From contig JARFYF010000112.1 of assembly GCA_030265395.1 (NCBI GenBank), forward strand, positions 82,831,629-82,895,628: DNA of 64,000 nucleotides. The letters run 5' to 3'. The notes beneath the pieces were generated by a model. That model saw nothing but the letters and a program-made list of their open reading frames with translations. It did no database searches and was not told the DNA's origin. This DNA is from Rhina ancylostomus (lineage: Eukaryota). The position numbers and the translations under genes are program-made. Of the stretch, positions 39,480-52,674 are shown piece after piece; within the stretch, counting starts at the first letter, position 1; every line of letters starts with the position of its first letter.

Positions 39480-40510
39480 GACCCCAATTATACGGAAGGA
39501 AGGTTCCATGTTCTTGACTCCCTACACAACATTACAACCACCATTAGGAGAGCCATTGACAAACCCTCCCTATGCCCTATGGTATTTCTTGGCTCCATCC
39601 ACAGGGGTTCCACATCCTGATTTTCTGAGCTAATGTCCTCCTTCACCTCCACATTGATTTCCTCCTTTACTATCACCATCCTAGCTCCTTTCCCTTTTTG
39701 TTTTCCCTTCCTAAATATTGATAGGGTGTTCAGTTCCCATTCTCAGCCACCCTGCAGCTGTGACTCTGTAATAGCAACCAAATCAGAATCATATGTACCT
39801 ATTTGCACTACAAGTTGGAATTCTAGTCCGGCACTCCTGAGGCTCCCCAGGTCATGCAAGGGTTCCAAGAACTGTAACCCGAAATTTCCATAAGATGGAA
39901 ATGGTGTTGGCTGAGATCACAAAGTTACATTGGTAGGTTAATTAGCTACAGACTAGTACAGATCTTAGTTAATTTTAGATCTTAGTTAGAATTAGTTAAT
40001 AATATAGTTCTGTACCACAGATTCAAAACATGCCAGACCACAGGAGATGCTGGACCACAGAATGCCAGATTAGAGAGCTTCAGCCTGTATTAATTCATCT
40101 AACTGACTGTGAATGCAGTGGTCATTAAGGCACAAAGCCTTTAGCCTTGCCTTTATTAGGCATCTTGTTTTTTTTGCACTGTGGTCCTATTTGACTTTTG
40201 CCCTGATTTTCTCTGCCTTCCACTTTTGCTGTCTTTCATTTTTCTCTTTCCTTCCCCCTCCTCTGTCTCCCTGCCCAAGTTCCCTTCCTCCTGCCCTCCT
40301 AGTTTAAACCCTCTCAACAGCACTGGGAAACAACCCCATCTTCCCCACACTGCCCAAGGACCTGGCCCTGCCCAAGTGTAACCCATCCAGTTTGTGCTGG
40401 TTCCAGCTTCCCCAATGGTCCCAATATCGCAGGATTCAGAATCCCTTCCCCATCACCATTGCTCCAGCCACCTACTCGTACATAGTTCTGCTCTTGCTAG
40501 CATGTGGCAT
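39480..40510 (-). mobile_element. CR1 LINE endonuclease/ORF1 region, interrupted by a MITE
   Basis: Minus ORF VKEEINVEVKEDISSENQDVEPLWMEPRNTIG resembles the CR1 apurinic endonuclease. Sequence at 40310-40500 resembles CR1 ORF1. Confidence 0.75.
39811..40087. mobile_element. Tc1/mariner (pogo/Tigger-like) MITE, 277 bp, TA target duplication
   Basis: TA-caagttggaattctagtccggcactc ... gaatgccagattagagagcttcagcctg-TA: imperfect ~27-bp TIRs. Removing the element rejoins the host CR1 (atttgcacTAttaattcatct). Confidence 0.75.
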
Positions 40511-40604
40511 TGGGTGTGACTTTTACCTCAAAAGCTAGATCATGAAGCTGAAACATCTGACTTCAGGAAAACTTTTTCTGCAATATTTCCCCTGCCTCGA
40601 TGGG

Positions 40605-40875
40605 GAGTACTTGGATGCTAATCTGAAGGTTGTGGATTCAACCCATGGGACTCGAGCGCAACAACTGAAGCTGACACATCAGCGCAGCACTGAAGAGATG
40701 GTGCCCCGTCTGAGGTGCCATTCTCCAGATACAAGCCAGAGGTCAGGTTTGCTCACTCATGTTGTTCTCTTTCAAAGAGAAGCAGGAGAGCGTCCTGGCT
40801 AATAATCATCAACTAATATCAACAAAGTAGTCTATCCCATCAGTATATCATTGCAATTTGTGCTGTAAAGTTCAC
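40605..40875 (+). mobile_element. DeuSINE/SacSINE1-like SINE
   Basis: tRNA-like head (tctgaaggttgtggattcaaccc), then gctgacac...gcagcactgaag...gaggtgcc...gtcctggctaata. Confidence 0.7.
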
Positions 40876-40904
40876 TGTAAAGCTGCTATATGCTGTCTTT
40901 AATT

Positions 40905-41722
40905 AGAACATAGAACACTACAGCACAATACAGGCCCTTCAGCCCATAATGTTGTTCCAATATTTTATCCTGCTCTAAGATCTATCTAACCCTTCCCTCC
41001 CACATAGCCNNNNNNNNNNNNNNNNNNNNNNNNNNNNNNNNNNNNNNNNNNNNNNNNNNNNNNNNNNNNNNNNNNNNNNNNNNNNNNNNNNNNNNNNNNN
41101 NNNNNNNNNNNNNNNNNNNNNNNNNNNNNNNNNNNNNNNNNNNNNNNNNNNNNNNNNNNNNNNNNNNNNNNNNNNNNNNNNNNNNNNNNNNNNNNNNNNN
41201 NNNNNNNNNNNNNNNNNNNNNNNNNNNNNNNNNNNNNNNNNNNNNNNNNNNNNNNNNNNNNNNNNNNNNNNNNNNNNNNNNNNNNNNNNNNNNNNNNNNN
41301 NNNNNNNNNNNNNNNNNNNNNNNNNNNNNNNNNNNNNNNNNNNNNNNNNNNNNNNNNNNNNNNNNNNNNNNNNNNNNNNNNNNNNNNNNNNNNNNNNNNN
41401 NNNNNNNNNNNNNNNNNNNNNNNNNNNNNNNNNNNNNNNNNNNNNNNNNNNNNNNNNNNNNNNNNNNNNNNNNNNNNNNNNNNNNNNNNNNNNNNNNNNN
41501 NNNNNNNNNNNNNNNNNNNNNNNNNNNNNNNNNNNNNNNNNNNNNNNNNNNNNNNNNNNNNNNNNNNNNNNNNNNNNNNNNNNNNNNNNNNCCACACTGC
41601 TGAGGATCCTGCCATTAACCTTGTATTCTGCCTTCAAATTTGATCTCCTGAAGGTATCACTTCACACTTATCTGGGTTGAACTGCATCTGCCACTTCTCA
41701 GCCCAGCTCTGCATTCTATCAA
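40905..41722 (-). mobile_element. Young CR1 LINE 3' end, gap inside
   Basis: tagaacatagaacactacagcacaatacaggcccttcagccc terminus. Minus ORF KAEYKVNGRILSSV. Confidence 0.85.
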
Positions 41723-42949
41723 TTAGTTCTTCATTTTGTTCATAATCAATAGCATATCAGTGTTATTCAGAATCCAGTTTCACAGATCTCGAGATCATAT
41801 TTTGTTGTTTGTTTTCATGGGAGGTGGAGATCACTGCCAACGTTGCACTGACTGTCCATCTCTTCTTGCCCCTGAACCAACAAGGCAGTTAAGAGCCAAC
41901 TCCACTGGTAGGTCTGGCTGACCAGATAAGAATGGCAGATTTCCTTGAGGATATGAATTAGGAAGAGTAGGCCACTTGACCCCTTGAGCTGGCTCCATCA
42001 CTTAATAAGATTATAGCCGATCTGACTGCCTGAACTCCACATTCCAATCCACCATTGATAACTTTACAACTACTTGCTTATCAGGAATCAATCCACCTCT
42101 TTCTTAAAAATATTGTAAAAATTTGCTTCCACTGCTTTTTGAGGAAGAGAATTCTAAAGACTCGTGACTGGCAGAGAGAAAGGGTTACCTCATCTCAGTG
42201 GAATGCCAAAAGATTCTTTAAAAAGCTGCATTATCTGTGTCTGCTCTCTGTGAGAACTCCTTCCACCTTCCAAGTATATTTTTGGCTGCAGGGTGTTGGC
42301 CAAACTTATTTTTCCAGCAAAAGGCAACTCTGTCATGGTATTGGAAATGAATTATTCTACAATCCATCCCACACTTAAAGGGCTAAACTGGAATTAGTTG
42401 ACCTTGCAGGTTTTTGCCCATCCTCCTCTGTAGAGATAATTAATATCCACTTGAAATCGGAGCTTCCTTTGGGGAATGACAGCTGCAACACACCATGTTA
42501 TTAACACAATAGCTTACAACAATAATTGCCCTTTCTGCTAAACATTGACACTAAAACCAGCAATCCCACACACTGCTATATGGCCATGCATCTACACAAC
42601 TAAAAATAGTTCCAGTCTCTTGCCTGCTTTTTAATTTATGTACCAGCACTATTATTGCAGTTAGCATTTAGAGGCTTTGGAAAATATAAAGACTCCACTA
42701 ATTTACAATGAATCACTGTGAAGAGCTGGTACAAATGTTGAATAAACCAGAGTTTCACATTTATTGAGACATTCAACATGAAGTCCTTGATTAGGGTTTT
42801 CAGACATGCATCATGTACACAAATATATATCCAAACACACTATATATAGATGTTTAGACTGCTGCATATAGCAAGAGATCAGTGGGTGCATCCTCTATAA
42901 ATATGGATGTAGTCCTAAAACTATAGTGACGGAATGTTTACAAGAAACA

Positions 42950-43505
42950 CTGTAAGAGTACTTTGAGTCAGCCAATAAAGTACTTCAAGTGTACTCACTG
43001 TGGCAATGTAGCAGACAAAGCAGCCAATTTGCACACAGCAAGCAACAACAGTGGCGTGACAATGACCAAGTAAGTGTTTTACAAAGGTCAATTGGCTGGG
43101 ACAGCAGGTACAACTTCCCTGCTTTTCTTCAAATTAATAAAAATCAGTTAATTGACCACCAAAAATTGCCCCTAGCGTGTGGACAAGTGGTAGAATTTGG
43201 GGGAATAAATAGAATGGAATTATTGTAAATGGGTGCATATGGTCAGTGTGTGGACTCATTAGGCTGAAGGGCTTGTTTCCGTGATGTATGAATCTATAAT
43301 CTTCATAAAGAACCTACATCAAATATCACAGAATGCAGACGAAGCTTCATTTAATGCTCATCTTAAGACAGCAGCACCAACACTGCAGCACTTTCTCAGC
43401 AGAGCTCTGGGTGTCAACTTAAATTTTTGTGCTCATCTGTCACGTGGGATTTGTATCTACAATCTTCTGTTTCAGACGCAGGAATACTGGTAGCTTAGCT
43501 ACACC
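42950..43505 (-). mobile_element. DeuSINE/SacSINE1-like SINE with a nested HE1-type SINE 3' half (43144-43297, +)
   Basis: cagccaataaagtacttc...gcagccaatttgcacacagcaag is interrupted by agttaattgaccacc...ggctgaagggcttgtttccgtgatgtatg, then resumes with tttaatgctcatc...ctgcagcactttctcag. Confidence 0.7.
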
Positions 43506-44404
43506 TGGAATCCAGCAAATTGAGGTGCACAACTGCAATCACGGGTAACATGCACCTCTAGTGGTTAGTCTTTGACAAAAATAATCATGAATAAGCAGTT
43601 GAACTACTCCTAAATAAACTGTAGGGTTTGTAATAGAGTTTTGTGGTTCCGGACCTGTCAACATGATTAAAGTGCAGTAGAAGTGCCTCACTTATTTAGT
43701 TATGTCATATATATTTCAAACTACTTAATCAAGCCACAAAATAATAGGCAAAATGATAAACCAAAAGCTGAAAGGACTGATGCTGGTTCTAGGTGGCTAC
43801 AGGGCTCAAAGCAAGCTAGTGAGTGAAAGAGAGAGAGCAGCTACATTAGATTGGCAGAGCACGGTTGATTTGAACCAACAGGAATAGCATCCTTTGTGAA
43901 ACAGTCAAACAACACGTAAAGTTTTGGCAAAGAGAACATTTAATTTTGGCAAAAGACCAACTGACCTTTGCACAAAGGGTAATCAAATGTTGGAAAAGGT
44001 TGTTAAGAACTGAGCTCAAGCCCATGCCTTAGACGCCATTTCAGGAAAAGAACGAGGTGTGTTAATAAGATAGAGGAAGCTATCCCGGAAATGAGACATC
44101 CAAATGTCTTAAAAGGCTTCATTTGTTCAAACCTATTTTTGAGGGGTGGGGGGGGGGGGGTGGAAAAACCTCTGTTCTCTTCAATCAATAGCCATAATCT
44201 GTGTCTTCAGATAATGTATTGATATCCTCATTCCAATCCCTAAGAAAATTTCAAGTCTCCGGATTGTCAACAGGAATGCTTTCAATTCAATTTTAGTTGG
44301 CTCTCTGTGCCCCAAAACCTGGCAACTTCCTCACAGCAGCCACCTAGTGAAATACCAGTAAGGAATTCTACTTGGCTAACCACACTCACTTTTAGTGTTT
44401 AAAG

Positions 44405-44640
44405 CTTAGCTCACACATCTGAGTCAGACAGTTTTGGGTTTACAGCCAATTTCAGAGTTCAACATAAATCTACGTGGAAATCAGGGTATAGCTGAAGAAA
44501 TGCTTCTGATGAGACATTAGTCATTGACCCCAGCTGGTCCACTGTGAAATTTTAAAGACCCTCTGAGAAAGAGTTACAACCTATCAGAACTTAAACACCA
44601 CCACCATTAACTGGATATCACTGCAAGACCTTGTTCTGTG
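44405..44640 (+). mobile_element. Old DeuSINE-like SINE
   Basis: tctgagtcagacagttttgggttt...gatgagacattag match the same SINE family. Confidence 0.5.
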
Positions 44641-45149
44641 AAACATGGACACCATACAATTGTAACTTGAAAGTAATTTGTTTCTACACAAGGTGTGTTA
44701 GGATGTCCCTGGCAGATGAAATGGAGTGCTACATAAACTTAAAGAATGCAAGCAAAATTTATATTTCAGGCAGCTGTTATTTGAAACTTGCTCTGATTTT
44801 TCAGATCACTAGATTAATATTCAGGATGCAACCATATTCAACTTACCATATAAATAAGGCATGTGCTAAACACGAGTAGCTAAAAATGCCATAGAATCAA
44901 TGCAGTATTTTTGCAATGTGAGCCAAGTACAAGCTCATTAAATATTCAAGGAAACTGATAAAACATTGCACTAGGGCATTAATATAATTTAGGGATCTAC
45001 AGAACCAAATATTCAAAAATCACCTCATAACTCAGAAGATATAGAATGTGAGGTATCATTCCATGTTTCCCTTCTAGCACCTGATAAAGGAGAGATGTAC
45101 ACCAAGAAAACTGATCCCTCTCTGTAATCTTATACTTCCAACTAATCTG

Positions 45150-46200
45150 CTTACAATTCACTTTTGTGGCTAACTGGGTTTATAATTCCTGGGTTTCCCC
45201 CTCACATATTCTTAAATAGCAAAGGTCCATGTGCAATTTTCCAAATCGAAAGAATTTTGGAAGATTATGGTCATAGCTTCTGCAGTGTTCTCAGCTACTT
45301 CCTTTNNNNNNNNNNNNNNNNNNNNNNNNNNNNNNNNNNNNNNNNNNNNNNNNNNNNNNNNNNNNNNNNNNNNNNNNNNNNNNNNNNNNNNNNNNNNNNN
45401 NNNNNTTCCTTTACGACTAAGTAAGACTAATTGAAAAATAAAAGGCAGGTGTTCTAAATGTCTCAGCTTAGGTTCAATTGCATCATTCACTCTAGTAAAT
45501 GGAAGCTACATCTCAATCATAAGGTCAGAGTCATAGAGCACAGAAATAGGCCCTTTGGCCCATCTCATTCACATGCTGTCCATCAAGTATCCACCTATAC
45601 CGATCCCATTTACCAGCACTTGGTCCAGAGTCCTCTATGCTTTGGCGATTTAAGTTCCTGTCAAGCTACTTTTTAAATATTGAGAGGGTATCTGGTTCCT
45701 CAGGTTTCTAGTTCTACTCACACTCTGGGTGAAAAAAGTCCCCCTCAGTTCCCCTCTTGAACCTCTTACCCTTTACACTAAACCTATGCCTTCTGGTTTT
45801 AGACATCTATGCTATCCCACTCAAGATCCTCAGAATTTTATATTCCTCTATCAGGTCCCCCCTCAACCTTCTCCACTCCTAAGCAAACCCAGCTTATCCA
45901 GCCTTTCCTCATAACCAAAGCTCACCACAATATTACTCAGAATGGTGTATCTCCTTATACACTTTCCAATACAATCCTATTGTGCAGCAACAGAACTGTT
46001 CACACTACCTCAGCTAACTTATTGTTTTATAAGGTTGTACCATAACGTCCTTGGTCTTGCATTCTATGCCCCAGCTTGTGAAGGCAAGTGTCCTACATGC
46101 CTTCTTCACTACTTTATCCACCTGTGCCATCACCAGAGATCTTTGGACTTTTTCACCAAGGTCCCTCTGTTCTGCAGTATTTCTTGGGTCACCACTGTCA
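45150..46200 (-). mobile_element. CR1 fragments (45150-45410 RT upstream region; 45528-46200 3' end)
   Basis: Minus ORF KEVAENTAEAMTIIFQNSFDLE. Terminal gagtcatagagcacagaaataggccctttggccc. Confidence 0.8.
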
Positions 46201-46776
46201 TTTCAGATGTCAACACACATAACATTTAAACACAATAGGACTGTATACAAAACAAAAGGATGCACTTCACTCCATTGTATGAACTGTATGTCCTCTGGAC
46301 ATTGGCCTTGTTGNNNNNNNNNNTGGCATATATTAAATGCACAATATGGCTCCAAAATTCAATTCAACTGAAATCCACGAAACTGAGTTTGGGAATCAGA
46401 GCACAAAGCACAGATGTAAACTAGAAATTGAACCCAATAAATTTTTGATGTACCAAGTGAATGCTGTGTACAGTGTCAACAGAAAATGGATTTAAAGAGA
46501 TTTCCTCAAGCTATTTCTCCAATAGGAGATTAGTAGGCGCATGGGTCTCCCACTGGAAAACCCTCAACTATGGAACTCATGATCACAGGTGGCTGCATTA
46601 GCAGCACTGGGTCCACAGATTGAGAGATCTGTGAGCTGCAGTTACCGGTATGTTGTTAAATAATGAAAATTATTTGATGTCATCACATACAAAGTACAAT
46701 GGGGAAATGAAACTAGCACTGCGGTGAACTTCACGGTGAACAATTTCAGCAGGGAAGGGGTGCAATCAATTCAAAT

Positions 46777-47080
46777 GGGCATCATGGTAGTGTAGCGGTT
46801 AGCATAACACTATNNNNNNNNNNNNNAGTGACCTGGGTTCAATTCCAGCCACTGTCCACAAGGAGTTTGTACGTTCTCCCCGTGTCTGCATGGGTTTCTT
46901 TCCAGGTGTTCCGATTTCCTCCCATATTCCAAAGACGTACAGGTTAGGAAGTTGTGGGCATGCTAAGTTGGTGCTGGAAGAGTGGCGACACCTGCGGGCT
47001 ACCCCCCAGAACATTCTCAAACGCAAAAAGACACATTTCACTGTGTGTTTCAATGTACATGTGACTAATAAACATCTTAT
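46777..47080 (+). mobile_element. Full-length tRNA-derived V-SINE
   Basis: Pol III A-box-like tagtgtagcgg and B box ggttcaattcc, V-domain ttctccccgtgtctgcatgggttt...gatttcctccca, and a 3' tail ending gtgactaataaa. Confidence 0.9.
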
Positions 47081-47649
47081 AAAATGTTTTTCATGCACTA
47101 TTTACAAATTAACAAAGGGCAAATGGATCCATGTGTTTTATACAAAGATGAATTTCTGCCCTCACCACATTCATTAAACCCCAATCCTTTCCAAGTTCCT
47201 TGTGCATTTCTGCCACCTTTGTGAAATGAAGTCACTATAAAATGAAGAGAACTGTTTGTGTTGCTGAACGAAAGACGATAGTGTTATTCCCTGATATTAA
47301 CTGCTTATGCAGTGTTTCCTATCAAATATAAAGCAACAAACCCATGCTTGGAATAGCAAGCAGACTGTCCAGTGATACCTTGAATTCCGTAAAAGGTCAG
47401 CTACAAGAATCAGTTTAGCAAAGAAATGAAAGTAACATTTTTGGTTAACTATAAAGATTAAGAATATTGATGAATAAAAGGGACTAAATAGATTAAATCA
47501 TCTTTTCAACGGTTTGCCTGTCTTACCACTTTACACAAAATTTTACAGAAATTTCCGGGGACTTCAATTCACACAGCACCCAACAGGAATAACATTTGAA
47601 AATAATGATTCAAAGTTAGCAAACCCTTTGGACAACAAGAACTTGCCTT

Positions 47650-48724
47650 GCACAACTCCTTTACACTTTCCTCCTTTCACCTTAAACCTATGCTTTCTAG
47701 TTTTTGACATTTCCACTTTAAGGAAAGAAATTCTGATTATATATACTATCTAGGCCTTTTATACCGTTATATAACTTCTATCAGATCGCCTCTCCGCCTC
47801 TAACATTCCAGAGAAAACAATCCAAGATTGTCCAACCTCTCCTTATAGCCAATACACTACAAACCAAGCAACATCCTGGTGAACCCCTTCTGCACCCTGT
47901 CCAAAGCCTTCACATCCTTCCTATAGTACACCGGCCAGAACTGCATCGAATACTTATAATGTGGCCTAACTAAAAATTCATACAGCGGCAACGTGACTTG
48001 CCGACTTTTATACTCAGTGCCTTGACCAATGAAGGCAAGTATGCTAAATGCCATCTTTACCATCCTTTCTACTTGTGTTGACACTTTCAGGGAGCTATGG
48101 AATTGTATCCCAAGATTCTTCTATACATCAATGCTCCTGATGGTCCTACCATTTACTGTGTACTTTCCTCTTGCATTTGATCTCCCAAGTGAATCACTTG
48201 TCCAAATTAAACTCCATCTGCCATTTCACTAAATTTTCACCTGGTCTATATCCTGCTGTATTGTTTTGACAACCTTCCCCACTATACACCTGCTCCACTA
48301 ATTTTTGTGTCATCTGCAAACTTACTAATCAGACAACCTCCATTTTCATCCAAATCATAAACATCACAAACAACAAAAGGTCCCCCACGGATCCTTGCCA
48401 TCACAGACCTCTAGTCTTAACCACTATCCTGTCTTCTATGAACAAATCAGTTTTGTACCCAACTCACCATGGATCCCATGTGACTTAATCTTGACCAATC
48501 TACCATGAGGGACCTTGTCACATGCTTTACTAAAGTTGATGTGGACAACATCTGCTGCCCCACCCTCATCATCTTTGTCACATGCTCAAAAGACTCATTC
48601 AAATTTGAGAGATAAGAACTCCCCCATACAAAGCCATGCTGACTCTCCCTAACAAGTCCATGCTTTTCCAAATGCAAGTAAATCCTGTCCCTAAGAATTT
48701 TCTCCAATAATTCCCCAACCACTG
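47650..48724 (-). mobile_element. CR1 LINE ORF2 fragment
   Basis: Minus ORFs VVGELLEKILRDRIYLHLEKHGLVRESQHGF and LAFIGQGTEYKSRQVTLPLYEFLVRPH...ALDRVQKGFTRML. Confidence 0.92.
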
Positions 48725-50755
48725 NNNNNNNNNNNNNNNNNNNNNNNNNNNNNNNNNNNNNNNNNNNNNNNNNNNNNNNNNNNNNNNNNNNNNNNNNNNN
48801 NNNNNNNNNNNNNNNNNNNNNNNNNNNNNNNNNNNNNNNNNNNNNNNNNNNNNNNNNNNNNNNNNNNNNNNNNNNNNNNNNNNNNNNNNNNNNNNNNNNN
48901 NNNNNNNNNNNNNNNNNNNNNNNNNNNNNNNNNNNNNNNNNNNNNNNNNNNNNNNNNNNNNNNNNNNNNNNNNNNNNNNNNNNNNNNNNNNNNNNNNNNN
49001 NNNNNNNNNNNNNNNNNNNNNNNNNNNNNNNNNNNNNNNNNNNNNNNNNNNNNNNNNNNNNNNNNNNNNNNNNNCACACCACTATGCCTGACATTATTAA
49101 CTTGCTTAAACCCCTGAACAGAAAAGTATAATTGTTGCTGTACATCTGCATTAGGCAAAGGAAATACTGTGCAGCAGCATCCCATAAAAGAACATGATAA
49201 ATACCTGCATGCAAAGATTTAATTATTGAGGGTTAAGAGATTTCATTTATGCAAGTACAGAGACACACACTACATCTTATTATTTTGCTCACAAATTCAG
49301 AGGAATTTGACACATGGTTGTAACATCTTGCAAACAGCCTGTGTATAAAGCATCCTTTCAAGTTCTTGCATGTGTGTACGAGATCTAATTGGCAAGGTTC
49401 AGAAAATGCAGAACAAAAGTTCTCTTACTCGGTTACTTCGTATAACGAGGGCCTCTCAGGATCTTTTCCAATCTCTTTCTATCATTGTCTCTTTACCTCC
49501 CTCTTACATCCCTCAGCTCCCACCCTTCTGTCCCAAAGGCACACACGATCTCCATCTCACAGAGTTCAGCTATCACTCTTCATTATAATTACACCTTCTC
49601 TCAGCCTCCCACTCCCTCTATACCTCCGATCTGCCAGTTAGACCTCTCCAGATTGAGTTAATTTATCACGATATCATGTGTAGTCCATGAAAACTTTGTT
49701 TAGCCTGCCCTTGCTGTAAGTGGAAACTGCCCTGGAGGAATATCAGTTGTACTGAAAATCAATCCTTTTTAATTGTAAATTATTAATGAGCTAATTTCTG
49801 GCTGCAGAACCACACTGTAGTGATTCCACTGCAGTGATTCCAGAATAATTAAATAACATATTGCTCCTGGGTGGGTAACTTACAGCAAGTGTATAAAATT
49901 AGCTAAGTCTTCAAGGACAGTTAAAGTTATTTTAAGACTGTAGTGTTCTCCCCCCCCCACCCCCCAGACAAGAAAAAGTTTGGACAGGAGTACTGAAAAA
50001 AAAACTTAGCATTCTGCAGCAGGGAAGAACAAAGAAATAAAACCTCCAAACTTTTGGTCTGAATTGGCATCCAGCAACTGATCAGAAATTGCGCACTGAT
50101 ATCCGGGAAGAGTGGATTGGACTTGGTTTTGATGCCCTCTGATTAAATGGTCCGCTAACCCTCAAGCTTCAATTAACAACCATAGTCCCCTGAACAGAAT
50201 TGTCAGAGTTTCTAACATAACGTGACAAGCTGCACCAGAGAGAAGGGANNNNNNNNNNNNNNNNNNNNNNNNNNNNNNNNNNNNNNNNNNNNNNNNNNNN
50301 NNNNNNNNNNNNNNNNNNNNNNNNNNNNNNNNNNNNNNNNNNNNNNNNCTGGGCCACTCTATGACACCGGGAACATAGAGAAAATCCCCACATTTGAAAC
50401 AAAGAACGAACTTGTGATGACAACCTCAAACCCTCAAGATGGTGTAGCACAAACAACACAATTTGCTTCTTATGACAGCATTGTCCTGGAGCATTTGCTC
50501 AAAAGGCCATGATCCCAGAGAATATTTTGCTGCACATCTACTCTCAAATACACTGCAACCCATGAAAGGTGGGGCATTGATCTACAATCAAAGTCACTGT
50601 CAAAAAAGCTTCTAATTTCAATAATATGAGATCAAGCAATTGAACAGGATTGAACAGGAGAGGAAGGATTAATAGTTGAATTCTTCCAGGGTCCTTTAAT
50701 ACAGAAACTGATCATAGGTGTAACTAGAATGCATAAATGGGAGAACAGAATAAAA

Positions 50756-51278
50756 GTCATAGAGTTACACAGCATGGAAACAGGCCCTTTGGTCCAACTT
50801 TTCCATGCTGACTATGTTTCCTAGTGAGCTAGTCCCATTTGCCCAAGTTTGGCCCATAGCCCTCTAAACCTCTCCTATCCATGTACTTATCTAGATGGAT
50901 TTTAAATGTTGCTAATGTGCCCGCCTCAACCACTATTTCTGGCCGCTCATTCCAAATACACACCACCCTGGGTGAAGCTGCTGCTCCTAATGTTCCTTTT
51001 AAATCTCTCGCCTCTGATCTTAAACCTACGCCCTCATTTTTAGCACCCCCTCCCTGGGAAAAAGACTGTGCTTTCACCCTGTCTAAGCTTCTCATGATCT
51101 AATACGTTTCTATCAGGTCATCCCTCAAACTCCTACATTCCAGGGAATGAAGTCCCAGTCTACACAATCTCTCCTTGTAACTCAGACCAAGTCCAGGCAA
51201 CATCCTGGTAAATCATTTCTGCACTCTTTCTGGTTTAAGAACATCCTTCCTATAACAGGGTGACCAAAACTATACACA
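50756..51278 (-). mobile_element. CR1 LINE 3' end
   Basis: Minus ORF RVVCIWNERPEIVVEAGTLATFKIHLDKYMD. Terminal gtcatagagttacacagcatggaaacaggccc. Confidence 0.9.
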
Positions 51279-51329
51279 TTCAACAGATATATCCTTGCAC
51301 CTGGGTGTCTTCAGAACAATGAAATATTC

Positions 51330-51685
51330 AATGTTTGAAATATTATCTGCCTGTTGTAACAGAGGAAATGTGATGGCCAATCTACACAAAGCAAAGTCTC
51401 ACCGCAATAGTGAGCAAATAATCTCTTCTGGTAATGTTGGTTTGGGGATAAGTATTGGCTAAAACTTTCAGAAAACTTTATTTTGGGAATAGTCCTGTAG
51501 AATCTTTTATATTCATCTGAAGGGGAAAATCTCATCTTGTTTTAATGTCTCACCTGATTAATGGTGTTTCTGACTGTGCAGCACTCCCTCAGTAATGGGA
51601 GTGAAAAGTCAGCCCAAGATGCTTGCTCAGATCTCTGGAGTGGAAGTGCAACCCATAACCAACTGCTTCAGGAGGAAGAGCACAG
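51330..51685 (-). mobile_element. DeuSINE/SacSINE1-like SINE
   Basis: ggggataagtattggc...tttaatgtctcacctg...gtgcagcactccctcagta...tctctggagtggaagtgcaaccc. Confidence 0.75.
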
Positions 51686-51696
51686 CAGGGCACTAA

Positions 51697-52260
51697 CTCC
51701 CCTCTACACTGGAAAAACCAAACGCAGATGGGGTACCCGCTTTGCAGAGCACCTGCCCAGTCAGCAAGGGCAATCTCACCTTCTAGTCTCCTGTCACTTT
51801 AATTCTCCACCCCACTCCCACTGTAAGCTCTTTGTTGTCTCCTCCACCATTCCAAATGATCTCTAACACAAGGAACAGCACCTGAATTTCCATCTGGGCA
51901 TTTTGTAGCCCTCAGAACTAAATGAATTTAACTATTTCAGGTAACCCTCGTTTTGCACCTCTCCATAGATGTACTTGTACCTTGGTTTCAATTTGTTCCA
52001 TTTTATTTTCCTGTCTCCAACTGCTGGTTTGAAAGTTACCTTGGCAGCTTTGCTCTACACCCTATCACAGGTGTTCCCTCTGTTCTCTACACTCTTTCAT
52101 TCTCTCTGCCACCCAACAAGCTTGGTTTCTCACTCTTCCAGTTCCAATGAAGGATCTTTGTTCTGTACCACTGGTTCTGTTTCTCCCCCCACTGATGCGG
52201 CCTCATCTGCTGGGTGGCTCCAGCATTTTGTAAATAATTCCTCAGTATTTGATTCAGGAA
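51697..52260 (+). mobile_element. Penelope-like element 3' end (GIY-YIG and terminal repeat)
   Basis: LYTGKTKRRWGTRFAEHL...VSCHFNSPPHSH is the PLE GIY-YIG C-terminal motif, followed by the pLTR-like ctgtttctccccccactgatgcggcc...ccagcatttt. Confidence 0.8.
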
Positions 52261-52408
52261 GGAAACTACAAACAAGGAGTAAATGTAATCAAAACCTATA
52301 TGAATTCATTTTTTTCCTGGGTCCTACTAGAATTTCATAGGTGGTGCTGATGCAGGAACAACTAGACATCTTGCAATGGAATAGAACACCAGATTTTGTT
52401 TTACTTAC

Positions 52409-52509
52409 CAATCCGAGGATCTGCAAAAAGGTGAAATGATAGAAGAACATAAGTCCAGTAGCAAGAAGGGCCCACCAAAAGTCACCCAATGGCTCAGGTT
52501 GGTACACAC
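52409..52509 (-). CDS. TMEM164: TMEM164 penultimate coding exon, 101 bp
   Basis: Minus-strand ttttgttttag acceptor and TTG|gtaagt donor. Translates (G)[33 protein letters not shown], a transmembrane segment that joins VTEVNLNN in phase 0. No further upstream exon was recognised in the window. Confidence 0.95.
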
Positions 52510-52674
52510 CTAAAACAAAAACATTTTATGTAAAGATCAATCATTTCATTGAAATGCCTCCTCTGGTTGTCAGTCATTCACTGCCCATCATCTCACCCCT
52601 CACTGTAAAGGAGATTACAGTCAGCAGTATAAACATTCTCAGTGTTGACTTCACTCTAGGATCAGTACACTGGT

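Noticed and set aside
46777-46855. tRNA-like sequence with A and B boxes
   Set aside because: It is the head of a V-SINE. It continues into the V-domain and tail and is not a complete cloverleaf.
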